A stretch of 38,625 bases of DNA from a virus (lineage: Duplodnaviria > Caudoviricetes), in the IMG/VR virus record IMGVR_UViG_3300032217_000636, positions 1-38,625 of that record, one strand, 5' to 3'. Below the pieces are notes generated by a model. That model ran no database searches. It was not told where the DNA came from and saw nothing but the letters and a program-made list of their open reading frames with translations. The translations under genes were made by a program, and so were the position numbers. Shown here in pieces: positions 33,629 through 38,625 of this stretch (positions within the stretch are counted from its first letter, which is position 1; the number at the start of each line of letters is the position of its first letter).

Positions 33629-35317
33629 TTATTGTTGCATAGCGTTCTTAGCAGCATCTTGTACAAAGTCAGGTGAACCACCTAGACCTTTACCTGCTTT
33701 ACCAAGCTGTTCGGCGGCTTGTAGAGCTTGCTGTTGCTGTTGTAGCTTCATGCGTTGCTGACGTAATTGTTGTACCTCTCTATCGCTTCTTAACAGTTCG
33801 GCATCCATACCTGAATTACTTGCATAACTTCTAATAGTTTTATCGAAGTTAATGTTGTCTGCAATTTCTGGCTTAAATTGCATAACAGGTTGCATGAACT
33901 GAAATAGTTGTTCTGTGCCACGATTTTGCAGTGCTTTTAAAGCAAGGCTAATACGGCTAGTAATTGTAATCTCAGGTAATACTAAACCACGAGTGTTTAC
34001 GCCTGATTGTACTAATAATGAATCTGGTGCTTGTCCAAATTTACCTTGGCGATACAATATGCCAAATACTCTACGTAGTAATGGATTTAAAAATTCTGTA
34101 ACTCTACGATCAAATACTGGGGTAAATTGTTCTAGCTTTTCTGCAAGACGCTGCGAGATTTCGTAAGCAGTCATCTTTTTGTCAATAAGCGGATCTGATC
34201 CTAACATCTTAAACATATTAACAAAGAACGCTTCGTTAATCATTTCCTTCTTATTAGCGATTAACTCCATGCCCATTTTATAATCGCCTATTGTAGCCCA
34301 TTCTGCTGGCCTACCGTTAGGTTCGTTTATATCCCAAGTAGTTACACCACCTGCTCGTAAATCAACGTCACCATCAAGGTTTGATGGCACTAGAATACGT
34401 GGGTATGCTTTTAGTTCTGCTAATGCGTCTGTATATTGTGTGATGTAATTAATCTGACGTACATCAGGTAGTGCCAAATAAGCAGGCGAATATCCCCAAG
34501 GACTGTCTGTACCCCATTTTGCAAAACGACTGCAAAGGTATGGCATTTCATCGTAACCGCTAACACTAACACACTGACTAAAATCCATTGATATATAAAC
34601 AGATGCTATAGGTTTGTTAGCACCGTCTTGACGCTCTGGCAGACGTGACGAGTCCTGGCGTGGAAATACGGCGTGTACAAACTTAAAATCACGATCCATA
34701 CCTTTGCCACCCTTAAGTGCTTGCTGCATCTTTTCTGGCAAATTGTCCTCGCCAAACATTTGCATAGCTTGACGACCTGTAAGTTTAAACTCACGGCGTA
34801 CAGTATCAACTATACCTTCATCGTTTTCTTCTATTGTGTATGTACCTACTTTAGTATTCCTAAAGTTTAGTGATGCAGACTTACCTTCTTCGCAAAGTAT
34901 AAGGTCTGTACCGAATATACCTACGTGCAAATAACCTATGTTTATTACAGAATAAAAGTTAGAACGTGCTAACTCACGCATCGTAATATCAGATGCTCTG
35001 CTTAACCATATAGCTGCGTCATCACCGTCTTGTCTCATTGGCTGTGGTGGCTCAAACACAGCCCACGGTTCACTACTCGGTGTTAGCCAATTACGCTGAC
35101 CAGCAGCCATTGTTTGTGCTGCTAGTATTGCTGTTGTATCAAAAATGCGGTCTGTCCAGCCTGTTACACCTTCAGTCTTAGTAACATTGATGTCAGACTC
35201 TTGCGGTAAAAAATATTGTGAGATCGTTTGCCAATCAGAATCAAATATAGCTGAACGCTTACTGCGTCCAGATTCGTACTTATTTAGCTGCTCTTTGGCT
35301 AGTGGATCTGTTGCCAT
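33629..35317 (-). CDS. Portal (head-tail connector)
   Basis: 562 aa; IFDTTA, SNFY, FGT, PY...RF, WGYSP, MTAYEI..R..EK, EFLNPL..R.F, Gln-rich C-terminus. Confidence 0.95.
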   Translation of the reverse strand: MATDPLAKEQLNKYESGRSKRSAIFDSDWQTISQYFLPQESDINVTKTEGVTGWTDRIFDTTAILAAQTMAAGQRNWLTPSSEPWAVFEPPQPMRQDGDDAAIWLSRASDITMRELARSNFYSVINIGYLHVGIFGTDLILCEEGKSASLNFRNTKVGTYTIEENDEGIVDTVRREFKLTGRQAMQMFGEDNLPEKMQQALKGGKGMDRDFKFVHAVFPRQDSSRLPERQDGANKPIASVYISMDFSQCVSVSGYDEMPYLCSRFAKWGTDSPWGYSPAYLALPDVRQINYITQYTDALAELKAYPRILVPSNLDGDVDLRAGGVTTWDINEPNGRPAEWATIGDYKMGMELIANKKEMINEAFFVNMFKMLGSDPLIDKKMTAYEISQRLAEKLEQFTPVFDRRVTEFLNPLLRRVFGILYRQGKFGQAPDSLLVQSGVNTRGLVLPEITITSRISLALKALQNRGTEQLFQFMQPVMQFKPEIADNINFDKTIRSYASNSGMDAELLRSDREVQQLRQQRMKLQQQQQALQAAEQLGKAGKGLGGSPDFVQDAAKNAMQQ

Positions 35318-35320
35318 GTG

Positions 35321-35551
35321 TTATCCGAGCTTTGGTGTCGTTGGTGCAGGGCCAGCACCAGCACCTGGCATACCCTTGTAACCGCCAGTATCACCTGCAA
35401 ACACAGTTTTCTTAATAGATTTCTTCATCAAGTTCTGTTGTGCAATGTCTTGTTGTGCCTGTATAACCTCTGCTGATGATGTAGTCACAGGTGGTGCAGC
35501 CACTGGTAAAGGTGCTGCTTGAACTGCTGCTGCTGGTGATCCTCCGCCCAT
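35321..35551 (-). CDS. Small virion assembly protein upstream of portal
   Basis: MGGGSP, Pro/Ala-rich, ends KLG. Position equivalent to T7 gp7.3. Confidence 0.7.
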   Translation of the reverse strand: MGGGSPAAAVQAAPLPVAAPPVTTSSAEVIQAQQDIAQQNLMKKSIKKTVFAGDTGGYKGMPGAGAGPAPTTPKLG

Positions 35552-35555
35552 AATG

Positions 35556-35924
35556 TTAATTAGTTAAAAATTGTGCCAAACGTTGTAAATCTTCTGTTTT
35601 ATAGAACCTTAGCTCTCTTTTATTGTCAATAATTCGCTCAAAAGCAACCCAAGGAAGTGTAAAAGGCATACAATTAAACGCTTTTCCTATGTTTCCAGCC
35701 ATTGCAAAGATGTACCAACAGTCAGAATCTTCCTTATTAAATATGTGTTCGCAGTCAGCAATCTCGTTTGCTGGTGCTAATTTACGGCAATTTTTGCCCA
35801 TAATAAAGTAATCTGGCGTAGAATAGACAAAACCGTTGTGTAAATGCCACTCAACGTAATCACCAAACGGTGCTTCTTGAGGTACATCAAAATACTTTTG
35901 TGCTATAGTCTCGTATGGGCTCAT
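35556..35924 (-). CDS. Hypothetical protein (possible degenerate GNAT fold)
   Basis: 122 aa; GFVYSTPDYFIMG, DCWYIFAMAG, LPWVAFER. Confidence 0.7.
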   Translation of the reverse strand: MSPYETIAQKYFDVPQEAPFGDYVEWHLHNGFVYSTPDYFIMGKNCRKLAPANEIADCEHIFNKEDSDCWYIFAMAGNIGKAFNCMPFTLPWVAFERIIDNKRELRFYKTEDLQRLAQFLTN

Positions 35925-35928
35925 CCTT

Positions 35929-38625
35929 TTATGGATTTATATACAAAGCTGCGTTAGAAGTACCGTTATCTATGTTTAAACTAGATCCACTACTTTGTTG
36001 TACAGCTATAACAAAATAATCTCCGGGTACTACATCAATGATTCCGCTATCAACTATTCCAGCAGACTGAGCAACAGCATTGCCATAAACAGAAGCTATA
36101 GTAGATCCGTTCTTTTGTATAAGGAGGATACGGTAGCCAGTGTTGTTAGAATACCATACAATATTTGCATACACTCTAACTTTGTAAATGCCGGCAGGTA
36201 CAGTTAGTCGTGTACTACTACCACTAGACCAAATAGATAAATCGTTAGGTTGTGCTGCTCCCCAAGTTACAGCATAAGGAGTTCCTGCGTCGTTAGGTAT
36301 GGACTGAGCTGATGTTATTGTAACTCGAGCCCCAGTCTTGCCGTAATAGGTATTATTAATGGCATAAGAGTTATTATAGAAGTCTAAATATTGGGTAGTT
36401 ACTGCACTGCTAGAAAGATAAATAGGAGAAGTTACTACACCAAATTTTGAACTGGTAACTGATACACCTGTAACGCTTGTACCGTCTATTTGTACGCCGT
36501 AAGCCCAAGTAACACCACCGTCTAAAGTATTTCTAACATCAAGTCCTGTAATGTGTACTTCATTAGAGCTACCACCTATGTAAACAAAAGCATTAGTTGT
36601 TGGTTGAGTTTGACCTGTTGTAGCACCCCCTGTGACGCAATCAGATATATCTATACATCTAGCATTAGACATCCACACTCCATAATGGATGTTATTACCT
36701 ATGCAGTCGCTGATTTGTACTTGCTGTACGTTGCTGCCAACTCCCTTAAGTACAACGCCGTAGTCACCAATATCCCATAAGCTATCATGGATTTGTAACT
36801 TAGCTGTACCGTAAGTTGTTGTACCATCTACAAAGATCGCACAGGTGTTAACAGATCTTGTTCCACCCTGACCTATATCTTGGAATATACCTGAGATGGA
36901 AGTCTCGTTCATTCCAGAGACAGTAGCCCCAAACCATGCACAAGGATATTGACTAGAGCTATTGTATTGCCCTGCACCTGAGAAATTAACTTCGTCTATA
37001 CGTAAGCTATTACAGCTATCAGCTACTAAACATGGAAAACTATAATTACTGCCTGTGTTAGTCAAAGGACCGCCTTGTACGGCTTGTATGCCATTTATTA
37101 CACCACCGCATACATAAACGTAATAAGGAATACCGCCTGTAGAAACTCCACTAATTACAGATACCGATACTTTAGTATTTAATAATGAAAGATAATTAAC
37201 ACGTTGAAAATTAAAACCATGAGATAGAATACTCATTTCAATATTATTAACAAAACAGTTAGATATGTTTTGTATTTGCAATGTTGTAGATCCGTATCTG
37301 TCTCCATTGAATCCGTTAAAACTAAATCCTGATACAGTTAATGTCGTGATGGATTGACTTGTAGATGTGTTACCTATCTTCCAGCATATGCCAACAGATG
37401 ATAATATTGGTGCTATGTATGTAGCACCGGGTCCATCTCCTAAAAAATTAACTTGATAGTTTGTAGCCCCAGATACGTTTTTAGTAAAATCACAAGCAGT
37501 TTTACAATAATACAATCCTGCTGGAAAATATAACGTACCTACAAATTGTGGTCCTGTCGCTGTTGCAGTTAAAGCTTTCCATGCATCTAATATTCCTATT
37601 GAAGCATTAGTTCCACCTTGATCTGGTATAGCACCAAACCAACGTACATCATAAGTATTATTAGTTACGTATGTGCTGCTATAGGTAACATTAGCCATTG
37701 CTGTTTGGCTTAACCAACGACCAGCCCCAGAATTACCTGTTGGGTTTATAATGGTTCCGCAAGCATTAGTGCCACCATTATCGCTAGCAGTTGATATGCT
37801 ATTCCAAATAAATGTTTGCCCGCCTCCATCTCCTTGCGTCAAAGCCCCAGCAACGATTGCTACAGTGCCATTTGTTAAACCAGAATAGGAAGCTGCCCTA
37901 AGACCAGCAATGGTTGTGTAAGCCAAAGTAGGGGGTGCTGTAATGGTTGCAGACGTTAATGCCGTCACACGACCTTTAGCATCTATAGTTATTACAGGAG
38001 TTGTTGTGCCGCTACCTATAGGACCAGAGGCCGTAACAATAGAAGCTAACGTACCAGCTGCCGTAACATTAGCAGATCCATCAAATGCTGATGATGTATA
38101 AGCTAAATCACCTGTAATGCTAATAGTTCTGCCTGTAGCTAGTTTTGTAGCCGTACCAGCATTGCCTGTAATGTTTGTTTGATCGCCTGTGTTGGTCCCA
38201 GAACTAGATCCAGAAATATATGATGTTCCTGTAACCGACAGCGTAGGTGTGCTACTACCTGACAACGTAATGCCATTAACAGATGTTGGTGTTATAGCAG
38301 CTAGTCCTAAAGTAACAGCGCCGGTAGTAAGCGTTGATGGAGTGATGCCATTAGTGCCAGTGATGCTTGATACACCACTGCTGCTTGTAATTGCTACATT
38401 GCTAGCTGATGTTATTTGACCCTGTGCATTAACTGCAATTTGTGGCACATGGGTAGCGTCACCATACGTAGCAGCAGACACGCCTGTTGTGTTAAGATAT
38501 ACGCTTACGTTACCTGTTGTAGGACTAGCACCAACGCCTAATGACCCTGTAACGCTATTAACTGCACCACCTCCTCCACCGGTAGTCGTAGAGCCTGTTG
38601 CTGGTGTGCTATCAGGTTTGCTACC
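35929..38625 (-). CDS. Tailspike / depolymerase with pectate-lyase-like beta-helix (918 aa when circularised; starts at 183)
   Basis: GDGGGQTF.W, YDVRWFGAIPD, TLYFPAGLY, beta-helix repeats, C1q-like C-terminus. Frame is open to the contig end. Confidence 0.88.
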   Translation of the reverse strand, partial: GSKPDSTPATGSTTTGGGGGAVNSVTGSLGVGASPTTGNVSVYLNTTGVSAATYGDATHVPQIAVNAQGQITSASNVAITSSSGVSSITGTNGITPSTLTTGAVTLGLAAITPTSVNGITLSGSSTPTLSVTGTSYISGSSSGTNTGDQTNITGNAGTATKLATGRTISITGDLAYTSSAFDGSANVTAAGTLASIVTASGPIGSGTTTPVITIDAKGRVTALTSATITAPPTLAYTTIAGLRAASYSGLTNGTVAIVAGALTQGDGGGQTFIWNSISTASDNGGTNACGTIINPTGNSGAGRWLSQTAMANVTYSSTYVTNNTYDVRWFGAIPDQGGTNASIGILDAWKALTATATGPQFVGTLYFPAGLYYCKTACDFTKNVSGATNYQVNFLGDGPGATYIAPILSSVGICWKIGNTSTSQSITTLTVSGFSFNGFNGDRYGSTTLQIQNISNCFVNNIEMSILSHGFNFQRVNYLSLLNTKVSVSVISGVSTGGIPYYVYVCGGVINGIQAVQGGPLTNTGSNYSFPCLVADSCNSLRIDEVNFSGAGQYNSSSQYPCAWFGATVSGMNETSISGIFQDIGQGGTRSVNTCAIFVDGTTTYGTAKLQIHDSLWDIGDYGVVLKGVGSNVQQVQISDCIGNNIHYGVWMSNARCIDISDCVTGGATTGQTQPTTNAFVYIGGSSNEVHITGLDVRNTLDGGVTWAYGVQIDGTSVTGVSVTSSKFGVVTSPIYLSSSAVTTQYLDFYNNSYAINNTYYGKTGARVTITSAQSIPNDAGTPYAVTWGAAQPNDLSIWSSGSSTRLTVPAGIYKVRVYANIVWYSNNTGYRILLIQKNGSTIASVYGNAVAQSAGIVDSGIIDVVPGDYFVIAVQQSSGSSLNIDNGTSNAALYINP
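38503..38625. repeat. Terminal direct repeat, right copy
   Basis: Identical to 1-123. Confidence 0.95.

Noticed and set aside
183-38481. Stop-codon reassignment
   Set aside because: All core genes are full length under the standard bacterial code, coding density is high, and TAA, TGA and TAG all occur as stops.

Overview
This window appears to be a complete ~38.5 kb short-tailed (podovirus-like) phage genome with BPP-1/T7-type virion gene order. Bases 1-123 are identical to 38503-38625, giving a 38,502 bp circle. One long minus-strand late unit starts at ~2042 and wraps through the contig ends down to ~8482. In order it encodes TerS, TerL, a beta-helix tailspike split by the contig ends, portal, scaffold, a GroES-like co-chaperonin, major capsid, a cement-like protein, tail tube A and B, a GNAT-like protein, three internal virion proteins, a PurD-like ATP-grasp enzyme, a tail fibre module and membrane proteins/lipoproteins. 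A compact early region (2171-8373) carries small hypotheticals, a metallophosphoesterase, an RHH regulator, an annealing protein, a Gp157-like protein and a RusA-like resolvase. I recognise no polymerase, helicase, primase, integrase, reverse transcriptase, tRNA or endolysin. The most unusual observations are: (1) three consecutive tail-fibre-module proteins begin with Sec-type signal peptides, next to a lysis region with lipoproteins but no recognisable endolysin; (2) a ~370 nt highly structured non-coding element with a pseudoknot/attenuator, in a genome lacking replication genes; (3) RusA-like motifs split between two overlapping reading frames; (4) a late ATP-grasp ligase preceded by an uncalled 48-aa acidic ORF; (5) seven CBM5/12-like modules inserted into core virion proteins. 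All product calls come from motif recognition by eye and synteny, not from database searches.
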